From positions 31,250,001-31,314,000 of the forward strand of contig NC_087436.1 in assembly GCF_036321535.1 (NCBI RefSeq): a stretch of 64,000 nucleotides of DNA, written 5' to 3'. Position numbers and translations under genes: made by a program. Below are positions 25,125 through 38,319 of the stretch, piece after piece (the first letter of the stretch is position 1; every line of letters starts with the position of its first letter). The notes below the pieces were generated by a model, which had not been told where the DNA came from, searched no databases, and worked only from the letters and a program-made list of their open reading frames with translations. Origin of the DNA: Camelus dromedarius (taxonomy: Eukaryota).

Positions 25125-27149
25125 GATAATTTTTTATACAAAATAATCCTTTAACTCAGGAGATGTACGGGCCCATACATGATAATTTGTGAGGAGGAAT
25201 CTAATATTTAAATTAAATTGACTGAAATTAAATATTGATAGAGTAAATAATTCAGCTGGAAGATTCATTTTTAAGTCTTGGTTAAAGTTTCAAGTATCTT
25301 ATGAAAAATCTAAAGCAAGCTGAAATTTAAAGTTGGAGTATTTTTTTTTTTTTGCTATCTTTTTGTAACTTCTTTGGTTTTATTTTCAATGAATGTTTAC
25401 TAAAAATTCATTTTGGTTATTACTCAACTTTAAATCTTAATTGGATTAGCAAGCAGCTAGTTCTTACTTCATCCTGCATCTCAAGAACAGCATGCTATGC
25501 TATTCTTGTGTTTTCCTCTGTAGGGCTTAAACCACACTCTGATGGGAGATATCAAATACTGTCTGATAATGATCAAGCACAAGGTATTTAAGAGATCAAG
25601 GATCCATTTGAGCATCCACATTTTTACAGCCCAGAATATAATTTTGTTCCCAAGTTGCTTCCCTATCAAAATATGGATTTCTTCATATTAACTTTTATCT
25701 CCAGATTCTGTTTCACCAATGACCTTCTATTTCCACAGTGTGCAAGACTCTGTGGGGTAAACTGTCAAAATACTTTGTATGGAATAACACTCATGATTCC
25801 TGTTAACAGTAATGGGACCAATGTGAGGACTCCCCAGTCACCACTGTGGGGCCACACTGTTCTGAACTGCTCCAAATTATTATTGAAAGTCTTTAAGTTT
25901 ATGTACTAATGACAAAGTAATGTACTAATAAATATACTAATGACAAATAATTTTGTTTCATATTTTTCTCCTAGAAATCACTCACTTTTTACTGATAATA
26001 AATAAATTGGGAAGAAATAAACAGAAACCTCTTTTTTTAGAGAAGCAAGAATTTATTTGTTTGGGCTCATGTGTTGAATGGACAGGCAGGAGGTGATACA
26101 GTCAGTGGTGAGTAACACATTATATTCCCTGGAGCTACCTGTGTAGCATCGTACAACCTTTTGTGAAGTTTCATTTGGTTCCTGCTAAATTCCACTTCAG
26201 AATTATCCCCTGCTTGGATGCATTAAGGGCGTGAGGCTTTTCATTTACAAAACCCTTGGTGATCACCCTCTGCAGTCCGTTGGTTAAGCAGAAAATTCTG
26301 CTAGACTGAAGTGTCTGCTGTTATCTGATTTTCAAGGGAAGATTTTTCGACTAAGATGTGCACTGATTGATATCTCCATTGTATTACGTTCTTGCGCCAA
26401 TGAAAAGACCGCAGAAGTGGTACTGAGCATCAGGGCATGATTGTGACCCTTCTCCCTCTGAGTCTTCCCGCCAAAGGAAACTGAAAGCAATTCACCTTAA
26501 ATAGAATGGATGACATGAGTCATGTTCTGGTAGGCAGGTAGGTTTTTGGCCTTCAAGAAAACAACTGCACAGACAGTGGGTTGAATAGTTGCCTTCCTTC
26601 TACTGTAACTACCACAATTTTTTTTTTCTGCAAAGTGCCAGTGGGGGTGTTTCAGAGTTGGCCTAATGCTGTTTCAACCAGGATTATGTTTAATCAGAAA
26701 ATAATTATATCAACAAATTAGAAAATACAAAGAGAATTCCTCATAACTTAGATGTATAATATCCCAGTTATAAAAGATACAGAAGAAAAAGAATGTCCAT
26801 GTACCCCAATTAAGAATCTTGTTTCATAATTTGGTCATTAGGATGACTACAGTGGATTGAGCACTTGCTACAGCTAGCAATTTTGGGTTCTGAAAAACAA
26901 AAAGTAGAGAATATTCCTCTACACTTTTCTTAATTATATAGTGAATATTTCTGTGAGCAGCCCCCTACTACACACACACAGGAACATGCACAAAGAAAAG
27001 GACTACTTTAGACAAGTTATATATTTGAAAGGAAAAGAGGAAGATCTTTTCAACATTAGTATGGTTAGGTTTCAAATATTTATGTTCTTGACCAATGAAA
27101 TAAAACTTGGGAAAATCTAAAATGTTTAGCAAAAATAGGGAAATTTATA

Positions 27150-27275
27150 TAATTGAATATGTACTATGTACCAAAGATTGTTTCAAGTACTTTGCATGTA
27201 TTAACTCAGTTAATCATTTAATCCTCAAAATAACCCTATAAGATGGGCACTATTCTTATCTGCAATAACAGACAC
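27150..27275 (-). mobile_element. MIR fragment
   Basis: tactatgtaccaaag…aagtactttgcatgtattaactca…tttaatcctcaaaataaccctataagatggg. Confidence 0.7.
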
Positions 27276-28154
27276 AGGATTTTTCTTAAGAATGTTGCAC
27301 ATATTTTCATCTAGTTTATTCAAAATGTAATTGGTAAATACTGTAATTTTCATGTTGCTGTCTTTATATACTTTGAGTATCTTAGTCCTCAAAAGTTATT
27401 TGCCATCTGTTTGAATGTTTGGTAACCAATACATTGAAAAAAATACATATATATATTTTTTTTTCCTATATATATTTCCTATATGTATATGGTCCTATAT
27501 GGTCCATGGTTTCATTGAAGTAGATAAATATGAAGTGTATACCTTTGCAAGTTTATTGAAATGCTATGAGAAAAATCATTTTCCATGCCCTTTGTTTCAT
27601 TCCATTTTTCCAACCCTGCTGGTTTCCCCATAACCCAACAGATTGTTTCATATTCTAATAATCATGTTGTTCAGTGAAATCTCCATAACAGATTTTAGTT
27701 TCCTCACTAATCATGGTGCGTTGTTGTGGCTTGCAAAGACAGTACGACTAATTTTATACAGGTAATTGCTGAAGACCATCACAAAGAAAGAATAAAGATG
27801 CCCCAAATAATCAGCCACTAGTGAGAGCCATATTAATAGCAATAGGCAGAAGAGGATAGATTTGGGTAATATCTTATACTTTAAATTTTAAGGCTTGGTG
27901 AATAGTAGAACACGGGGGCTGGAGGAGAAGAGAAACCATGATCACTCCCAGATTAATAGCTAGGAAAGTGCTACACACAAAAAAAAAAAAAAAAAGGAAG
28001 AGTCAGGAGCAGAAATTGTCCACCTTTAGAGAAGAGGCAACAGAGATATTATGAAAATATAATAAAATGGTTCACATATTCATCTTAATGAGACATATAT
28101 ATGCAACTCAGTAGGTTATGAAGTCACAGTATCAGTCACGGTGATCTAAACAAC

Positions 28155-28699
28155 TGTATTGAACATCTCTTAGACACCACTTAAATCCTATTGACTTTAC
28201 CTAGTCATCCAGCCCCTGCCCTAGAGGTCAGTTCCAGAACTGGCTTCTACCTGCTCCCTGCCAGTGCAGCCTGACAGCGCCCACCTAGGGTACCATACAC
28301 CTCTTATTTCCTGCCCCAGGGCTCTTTTGATGCTAGGGCTCAGGAAGACCCGTAAGAACCCCCTAGCACTCACACATGTCCAATCCAGAAATGCAAGGGA
28401 ATTAACCTCTGTCCAAGAACTCACTTTGACGAATGGGAAATAGGAACCAATAGATAAATTATTTTCCCTTTGGTTTCCTGGACAGAGATTTCTGAGACGC
28501 ATGTCAAATCTACAGGATAACAGCAAAGTCACTCCTCACTGTGATCAAACCCATAATCACCCTTGTATTTTTACCCCTTCCCTTTCACTCTCCTGCCTCT
28601 CCTTCCTGATCCCTGGCATCATTTCCTGAATAAACTACCTACATGGAGGGTTCTGCCTCATGGCTCATGCTCTGCTTTCTGGAGAGATAAGCTAAGGCA
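28155..28699 (+). mobile_element. ERVL solo LTR, LTR40-like
   Basis: tg…ca termini; aatgcaagggaattaac…actttgacgaatgggaaataggaacc…aataaactacct…ctctgctttctgg…ctaaggca; TSD acaac/acagc. Confidence 0.78.
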
Positions 28700-30382
28700 A
28701 CAGCCAAACTGAGTTTTAAATTTAAATAGCAAGTGAGAAAATATGAAGTATAAACTATTTGCCACAAACCCAACAGATTATGGTGGTTAATTCAAATTAC
28801 TGAAAAGTTGAGATGTGTTTTTCTGGATTAACCCTGGTACTATTAATATCAGAGAGAATTTGTAAAATTAGTAATAGTGAATTATAAGATGGCAAACTCT
28901 TGCCTTTGATACTTTACTACAGACATTAGTAATTGAAAAGTAATTGAGCATAGTATTATTTTAAATACTGGCAAGTCAATAATGCAGCATGAATAAATAT
29001 ATTATTAGCAAAGTTCCTAATATGTAATGTACTTTCTAGTTAAGTCTCTTTCAAAGTTATTGCAGAAAATGGAAAGGATTTTCAATAAATAATGCAAACA
29101 TCTATATTCATTGAATCCAGAATGATTTCTGAAGATGTAAACATTTTTCCTTCCCCTACAAAGGATGAGAAAGAAACAAAACATAGACATTTGATAATTT
29201 ATATAATTAGGCCTATTTTCATTTGTGCATTAAGATAAATAACAAAACAGTCCCAATTAAAAATGTAAAAATAAAACTAAAATTGTCACACTAAACAATA
29301 TTTGGATTAATGGTGATATTCTTAATATTTCTGAATATTTTTATAATGTTTGAAAGTTTCTATTTCCAGATATTATAGTAGAAAAATAAAAGCCCAGATA
29401 GTCCTAGTTTTTGGTGAGCTTTCTTGACAGTAATCCCACTTAAAACAGGGCTTTTCTTGCAAAGGCCTATTTGTGAATCCCCTTGATAAACTTTGTATAT
29501 ATTCATAGATTGATTCATGGATAGAAAGCATGGCATTGTGCCGTAAATCTACTTAAAAGCAACTTTCCATTTACACCATAGCTTAAAACGGAAAGTTGAA
29601 AAGAAACTTACAAGGATGCAATGTAAATCAACCAGGTCAGGAGACATAATATCACTAACATAAGCGGTTAGCATGAATATGTCACAACCCCTAATACTTT
29701 ACCGTATGTAACTTCAATTCTGAGCCTTTGAAGAGATTGTCACTTACACAATTACCATTCCTTCTTCTTAGTAGCAATCAGAACTTCCCTTGAGAATGTT
29801 GCATACAGCTATCACCTAAATATAAGTGGGTTGCTAACCATATGCCAACAGAAAAGAACAGACATGCAACAGTAGGACAGCAAAAGCGTAACTCTGCACT
29901 CTTATTAAGAGTGCTATACAACAACTTTGTGTTTGGTTTTTATTCAGCACAGAACACAAATGTTTATCCCACAGGCACTTGCTTAGGGGAGAAAAAGAAC
30001 CAAAGTATTAATTACCAAAAGCTTGGGGATTCTTTTAAAATGTCAAAAATGTTTCAAATAAAGTTTCAGGGTATGAATGATTTTGTTTGTTTGTTTATTT
30101 TATTTTGTTTTGTTTTTATCATTTTATGAAGCCTCACATCTCAATTTAGTTTAGTGGCTAAATACAGAAATCCCAATCTGGTTGTATTTAATTCTGGCTA
30201 CTTAACTGAAAATGTTTGGATAGAATTTTGCTTTTATACTAAGAAGCTCTGCAGAGTCAGTTATTTTAAAAAGCTGTGTCTTGTGCAGGTCTACCTCTCT
30301 TGAAATAATAAAACATGGATTATTAGATTCATCCTCTTAAATCAAGCCTCAACAAGGTCTTACAATTAAAAATAACAAATCA

Positions 30383-31190
30383 TTATCACCTAACATCTGT
30401 TAGGATAGCTTTTACCAAAAAAGCAAGAAATAACAAGTGCTGGCAAGAATGTGGAGAAAAGGGAACCCTCGTTCCCGGCTGGTGGGAATGTAAACTGGTA
30501 CAGCCACTATGGAAGACAGTAGAGTGGTTTCTCAAAAAATTAAAAATAGAATTACCATATGATCCACCAATCCCACTTCTGGGTATATATCAAAAGGTAA
30601 AAAAATCAGTATCTCAAAGAGCTATTTCTACTGCCATGATCATTGCAGTATTATTCACAATAGCTGAGATATGGAAATAACCTAAGTGTCTGTCAACAGA
30701 TGAATGGACAAAGAAGAAGTGAGATAGATAGATAGATAGACAGACAGATAGCAGACAGACATAAAATTCAGCCATGAGTAAGAAGGGAATTCTGCCATTT
30801 GCAACAATATGGTTGAAACTATAGGAAATTATGCTAAGTGAAATGAGCCAGACAGAGAAAGACAAATACTGTATGATTTCACTTATATATGGAATCTAAA
30901 AGAAAAAGTCAAACTCATATAAATAGTAGAATGGTGGTTACCAGGGGCTGAGAGATGGAAGAAATAGGGAAGATGCTGGTCAAATGATGTAAGTCTTCAG
31001 TTAAAAGATGAGTAAGTTATAGGCATCTAAAGAACAGCATAGTAACTGTAGTTAATAACAATGTATTGTATAATTGAAACATGCTAAGAGGGTAGATCTT
31101 AAGCATTCTCACGGCTAAAAAAAAAAAAATAGCGACTATGTGAGGTGAGAGATGAGTTAATTAATATGATTGTGGTAATCATTTCACAAC

Positions 31191-31227
<37 letters not shown>

Positions 31228-31320
31228 TATATATATCAAATTACCATGTTGCACACTTTAAATATATACACTTCTATTTGTCGATTGTACTTCAATAAAG
31301 TAGAAGAAAAATTTAAAAAT
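30383..31320 (+). mobile_element. L1MA9-like ORF2 end and 3' UTR, with internal (GATA/GACA)n and (TA)n tracts
   Basis: gtggagaaaagggaaccctc…ccatatgatccaccaatcccacttctgggtatata…gtagatcttaagcattctcac…cttcaataaag. Confidence 0.88.
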
Positions 31321-31959
31321 TTTTTGAAGAAAACAATTTCTGAATACCTCATGCTTTTCAGCAATTTGGGAGATTTAAATTATCAAATTTAAATTAGGCA
31401 AATTCACTGCCTAGTGAATACTAGGCAGTTACCAAATACTTTATTATCTATCTTTTTTAATTTCTAAATTTTAACTGTACTCATACAAAAAACTAAAAAG
31501 TAACTCTAAAATACGAACTCTGTGCTTCAATTCAGTTTACACTGCTAAAATTTTTTAATTCATTAAATATAGCAGTTAAATATAATCAAGATCTAAGTAT
31601 TTTGAGGAGTTTGTACAGAACCACATGCTTCATGTAGAACCAAAAACATTGTTTAAATAACAGTTCAAGCAGAGTCTTCTTCATCTTAAAACCAAGTACA
31701 ATACAAAATAAGCAAGCAAAAGCAGACAGACAAATGCCAAGCAAGCTGTGGATACTATTCTTTAGCAATTTGGTGAAGTCTTCAAAACCAGCATACTTGG
31801 TTCCATCAGCAAAGATGGTCATATGTTCCCTTTCTCCTTCCCACACTCTTCATGTGCTTACTTAGTGATGCTTTACTTAATGAGGTATTGACCAACCGAA
31901 GTACCCTAATCCTATAAAACATGCACTTCAAATAACCATTAAAGTCAATGAATAGCTCA

Positions 31960-33020
31960 TACGTGTAGCAATATTGTTTCCCTCTCTGAAAATCCCATTC
32001 ACTCTCACACTGTCCACTTCCAAATCTTTATCTCCAACTCTGTTCTTTCCCCCAAGACCTAGACAAACATTTCCAGCTGCCTGCCTAATATTTTCATCTA
32101 AATGTTTTCCTTGGACCTTCAAATACAGTGCATTTTAAAAGCAAATTTATTTATGTCTGTTCTTGGATCTTTATACTGTTCTCTTGCCTATTTTTGGAAA
32201 TTCTCCACCACAATGACACAAGTGGAAAACTTCAGGTCTTTATTTGAATTCTCCATCACTGATGCTGGATACAGTGTGGATATGGGTCAAGATCAAACTT
32301 TTTAAATGAGACCTCCCTGTTTTCTTTTATATTTATCCCCTACTTTCTATTCCTTGTGTCACCGTCTTACCTGAGACTCCTACAATCTCTCACATAATTT
32401 ACAGAAACCTCTAACTGATGTCTCCTTCTTAGGAAGGAAGGGTGGACTGGGAGGTAGAGTCCCCCTCCTAGTCAAATCCATTGTTTGCACCACTACTTCT
32501 TAACGTAACTCTGAGATAACATAACATAAACTTCTTAACATAACTCTGAATGGACCCCCAACCAAATGGACTGAATAAAGTCCAAATCAGGCCCTTTATG
32601 ATGCAGGCCATCTGGCCACCTAGTCCCTTCTCTTTTAAACCTTGTTAAGTACATAACCATTGATCCTTGAACAATGCAGGTGTTAGAGGCACCAACCCTG
32701 CACAGTCGAAAATCTATATATAACTTTACAATTGGCCCCCTATATCCACAGTTGTGCATCTGTGGAGTCAACCAACTGCTGATCATGCAGTACTACAGTA
32801 TGAATTTAGTAAGAAAAATCCATGTATAAGTGAACCCGCAATTCAAAACTGTGTTGTTCAAAGGTCAACTGTTCTCCATCCAACATGGATTGTTCACTAT
32901 TTATCATCTTTCACATACACCTCCTACAAACTTCTAACTGTAAAGATTTCATGGGCTTATAATTCCTCTTTTTTAACACTTCAACTGCTTTAAATTCTAA
33001 TAATGCTTTAAGAACTAGCT
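31960..33020 (+). mobile_element. LINE-2 fragments split by a Tigger MITE
   Basis: ttccaaatctttatctccaactct…atttccagctgcctgcctaatatttt…aatccattgtttgcacc…. Confidence 0.6.
32657..32871. mobile_element. TcMar-Tigger MITE, Tigger2a_Art-like
   Basis: Terminal inverted repeats cattgatccttgaacaa…ttgttcaaaggtcaactg; ~215 bp. Confidence 0.85.
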
Positions 33021-36000
33021 CTTGAGCTACCCAGCAATGCTGGATTTAGTGCTCTATGTAACTCACATGCATCAGGGATTAAATTATGCATCAAAATCAC
33101 GAAGATGCTACAAGAAAACCTCTCTTAACTTCAGGTCCTACATGGAAAGGTGGTGTGATGTTTGACTGTGAAAAACAATGAGAGGCAAATCTTTCAAGTA
33201 ATGAAGTAAAGTCTCTCAGGTAGAAATCTAATCAGAAGTTATTCTTATTTTCTCCTAACATCAGGGAGGCTGAAAAAAATTCCTCCCATTGCAGCTGCAG
33301 AAAACATTTTTTTCTGGAGGCATTTACATGCATTTTGAACAGCATATAAAGAACTGTCTCTCCAGCATCGTGCAATTATGTGTAGTAACAAATAGACACA
33401 GAAATAGCTAGTGCAGTCGAAGTTGATGTGTCCTAGAGACCAAGCATTAACCAACTGCATGCAAATAAACTAAAAATTCTTTTCAATTAGTGTAGCCCTC
33501 TCTTCTACAAGAAAGAGACCAGTACAACATAAAAAAGCCTGATTCAGCTTGAGATACAGCAAGAAACTAAAGGATGATGCAGAATCAGAACAAAGATACT
33601 ATTCTAGCAACTCCTGACTACAGATTTTACTCATAACTGAGTGAGACAAAGAACTGTAAAAACCAGATTCACATTACAGAAATTCACATTTGGTATTTCC
33701 AATCACTCTATTTAAGTATAGAAAGAACTATAGACAGATCTATAAATTTCTTAATTTTAGGTCTCAAACTATAAAGCAGAGTCTCATCTTTTATTTTCCC
33801 TATAATTTGACAAATTATAAATTTTTATTTAATAATATAACATTTCTGTACTGAATATTTGTGAAATTCTAAGCTAAAACAAGTTTTATAGCATTTATTT
33901 TATTTATACTATGCTGAGCACTGGGCATTTTTAAGATGGAGATGAAAGTGCATTTATAACTGGTTTAAATGATAGTAGCAGCAGGATTTTAAAAATGAAT
34001 TCCAAGCTCCTGATCTTGTATCATTAATTGCAACTTAACTCTATAGACAATCGTGGTACCAGAGAGACAGGTGCCATTTTGAATCTGGTTTTCTGAAAGG
34101 CACATTCTTTTTTGTTCCTGTTTTCTGCCTCAGAAATGACATTAACTTGGTAAGATAAAGCTACATTTGATAAAAGAAGGCACAGGCAGGCATGACAGTC
34201 ATATCCTTGGTGTCTTAAACTTGAAGAGTTTCCAGTATTTCTATAGGATTACTGCAGGGCATTCAGGGCCTTGGTACTTAAACTCTCAAAGTCAACAGCT
34301 GTCAGGCTGCCAACAAACTGTCTTTTTTGGTAGCAGCTGTTTCTGCTGTCACTAGCTTCTTTCAGACAATTGTGGTAGACCAATGGCAAGCATTTTTTTT
34401 TGCCTGGATTATTAATAGATCACTGCAGGGGACATATGAATGGGAGGGAACACTCCTTTATTAGACAATTGAAGGAAAGATAGAGAGTGAAAATTTTAAA
34501 GGTATGTTTTATTAACTACATTAGAAAATTATAACTGATACCTACCTGAGAGCTATTTAGTTCCCAATTCTGTTGTTTAGTCTTCATTACATGTTTACAG
34601 GTAGGAATGGGTTATGAATAATCAAATACCTAAATTATGTTTTACATGAAGTTGCTATCTTTCCAACCACAACCAATTTACACTCCATCTCCACTGTCTC
34701 CCTTCTCTTCATTTGCAATATGAATCCAGTCTCCTCCAAAGCACTTGCAGCTCCTGTCATTTGAAGAAGGCTGAAAGGTTTTAGGAGATCTCTGAGGTTC
34801 CATAGTAAAAATGAAAATTAAAAAGATAACTGGCTTATTTTACCCATGGTATTCATTAATAATTTACCCTCCTCTTTTTCATTCTCCTTTATTTTTCTCC
34901 ATTTATCTTCTTCTATCTATCCTGAATGGAAAATGGAGTAGCATTTGATCGATGAAGCAAGTTGAAGAAGAGGAGATTAGAATACCTTGTACTAAGGAAA
35001 CAATCAAATAATAAGAATGGATCTCAGTTTTCAAGGGTTCAAAATAGTGTTGACATCCAAGTTTATGCTTTGGCAACTAACTATAAACACATATGAAAAG
35101 AGCAGAAGCAATCTTCAGTGGCTCACAAACTATCTTTAGGATCTCCTACAAAATAGAGGCAGAAACAATTATTCCTTGGTCCTTCCTACTTCCTTCTTAA
35201 CTCTATTTCTTCCCAGTTCCAGACCATGTTTTATTATGTTTGCCTCCAAAATGCCCAACCCTACTTAGGGCAAACTTATTTAAAAGTATCCATGCTCCAA
35301 CATTAACTCCCTCTCCTCCTGGTCACTAATCAAAATATAGCTGCTAAGTTTGATCTCAGCTGACACTGAGTTGAGATCTAGGTAGAATAACTGATGTTAA
35401 TGTCATTCTGAGGGAACAACCATGGGCTTGGCTTAGAAGGTGGAAACAGAAGAGCCACATGGACTGGACTGTCTGAGCATGACTAAATCTGCATCAAAGA
35501 CCTCTAACAATTCAAAGAACATCTTGTTATGTCACTTGAATTCAGGGTTAAAATCAGATGCTTTCCTGCATCACGTGGAAACAAGTGCCTAAACTGGTGG
35601 CGTATGAGGCACTGCCACTCTGTTACGATAGGCAAATGTCAGGAGAGATTATTCTGGTGGAAGTTATCAGCCCAAGAATACCCAAGGGTGCTTATGGCAT
35701 TTCTAAATGAAATACTCACATAAAGCTTAGACTTTAGCAGAAAATAAAAACCAGGTAAATCATACCAGAGGGAACAGTCAGAACAAAACTTAAAGCAAAA
35801 TATTTTCTAACATCTGCAGTCAAGTGCCCTGCTGGAAAATGTGAAAGATGGATTCCCTCTGGTAGCAAATAAGAAATTCACTGGATGTATTTACAACATT
35901 CTGTATATATTCATTGGAACATATGGCTCAATGAATTATTCTACATGATAAATCTCCACTGAGGCAGCCTGCTACCCACTTAGGCCCTGAACCTTCTGAA

Positions 36001-37919
36001 AGTGGCAAAACCTCCTGCCAAGTGGTGTCTTTCAGAAGAACAGAGGGTAAGAGAAAATAATTGCATGCAGCATTGATTTTTTGAGAATGTTCCTATGATC
36101 TACATAAAGCAAAGGGAGATGATTCTTTCTGACTTCATATGAGAGTTCTTTGAGCAGGGGTGGGGGGCAGTGTCTATTTTCTCTCCTAATCAGTGATTGC
36201 AGGGAAAGCAGGTAGTATTTAGTAGGCAGACTGTGGTTTCCAGATATATCCCAATCTGCCTCCATCTATGTGGCTTTAGAGAATTCTGGACCTCTTCCAG
36301 TATGCTCTTGGCTCTGTGGTCTGATTATCCTGAGCTGTGTTAATGAACACAATGTGCTGATTCACACAAGAGACACTCTCAATGAGGAGCTCCTTTGTGG
36401 ATGTCTTTCTACACCTGACTGGGAAGATGATGCTCTCTACTGAATTACATCAGAGCAAGGGATTTGTAGACACTGGATGCGGGCTGTGAGAAAGACACAG
36501 CACAACTTTCATGGGACTAAAGTGGCAACCAGGTGTGCTCAGAATCTGAGGCCAAATTTTATGTAAGGAATGTCTTTATAGTTTTATCTGAAAGGAGTTC
36601 TCATCTATTCCTCACCAAGCCATATGAAGTAAGTAGTATCACTATTCCTGTTTCACAGCTCAGAGTCAGATGGTCAAGTGCCCACCCTAACTAGGAGCTT
36701 CACTTCAGTCCTATTTCTCCTATCTTAAGTCACATTTTATGCACATAGTGAACACTTAGATATTAAGAAATTAAAGTGCTACACATGTTTCAGTGCTTGA
36801 AAAATGTTACCTCTAGGTATATGGGCTTCCCAAAGAATTACTGTCAGGACAATTGTAGAAAAATTGGAAAGTTATACACTTACGTCTAATTACTAACCAT
36901 TGAATCCATTTAAAAGGGAGAGAGATCAAAAACTTTACCTTTAGATGTAAGCTAAAAAATTAGGTTAGTAAGTAGGTGTATCTGTTGATTACATTTGCAA
37001 AATTTTGTTCTTTTCTAGTCAGAGAACTTGAATTTAAACAAAAAATTATTATTTTGAGAGTCACGCTGTCATCTAAAAAGTGGCAAGTTTATCCATGTTT
37101 TTTAATTCACAAAATATTTTTAATGACTAGATTCCCCCCCAAAACTAAATTCTGCCTAGGTAACATGTTTAGAAAAGTCTGAAAATGAGGTTTGAGCAAT
37201 AACCTGGTAAGGACTAATCCTAAAATTCTACTGTATAAAATAAAATCTGTCAACCTTTCTACACTATCTTCTCCTAACTTATACTATCAGGAATCAGAAT
37301 TAGCCAGGTAATTATCACCACACTAGCATCATCCCGGCAGATGCTAGTTTAACCAATACATTTAAATAGGTGAGTTTGAGTGACAGGTGTGTGTAGCTGT
37401 GTGCTACTCTGTATGTGGTTACAGTAAATTCAGTCTTCAGTCTTTAGAGGGGTTGGTCACAGGCCCTGGTTTGCTTACCTGATGCCTTTAGAATTGCCTC
37501 CACTCCCATGAAGCATCTTGTTAATGAAAGCACTAGGGTGAACCACTGGGGACTGGCTCCACTGAGTACAGATTTGCTTTGATGACTTAAAGTCATTTAT
37601 AAAGGATATCAGTTCCTAAAGTTTAGATATGTGCCTCAAGTGGAATGAGCTGATTTTAAAAATCATCCTGCAAATATAGTCTAAATAAAGGACCACAGAG
37701 GATTGTCATAAGAAACCAATCTACCTATGAATAGATCAACGTAATGAACTTGGATTTTTAAAAGGCATGCATTAAAAAAACGGAAGGAAAGTCTTACAGC
37801 CAAAGCAGACAAAACACATTATCACAAGCCTGGGGGGAAAAGATTAAGAATATAATTAGGATGGCAAAAGCCCTACAGTGAGGCTTTAAAATGCTAAAAA
37901 TTATAAAATGACATCATAG

Positions 37920-38170
37920 TATACATTGCTTATGAGAATAAGATTTTAAGACATACAGACCTGACTCTAAGTCTGGCTTTACTGTTTCTTTAACTGTGGC
38001 CTTGGCAAATCTACCAATTTCTGTTATTTATGGTTTCTGCATTTGTAAAATAAAAATAAAAATACTTCTTCATTGCGTTTTTGAAGATTGAATAAAAATA
38101 ATGTAAATAAAACACTTAGCTCCATATATGTTATAGAGTTAGCGCACGGTGAACAGTTGCTTTATTTAGT
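37920..38170 (+). mobile_element. MIR
   Basis: …taactgtggccttggcaaat…tttctgcatttgtaaaat…gaagattgaataaaaataatgtaaataaaacacttagc. Confidence 0.7.
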
Positions 38171-38319
38171 GCTTGGAAAAAGGGAAGGTATAGTCTCCGA
38201 GAATAAGATACATGATATAATGATAACCAGAAGCAGAGAGAAACAAAGCTTTTCAATTTCTATTTTACTTCCACTTTTTTAATAAAAAGAGTGACCCTGA
38301 AATTGGAAATGATATAACA

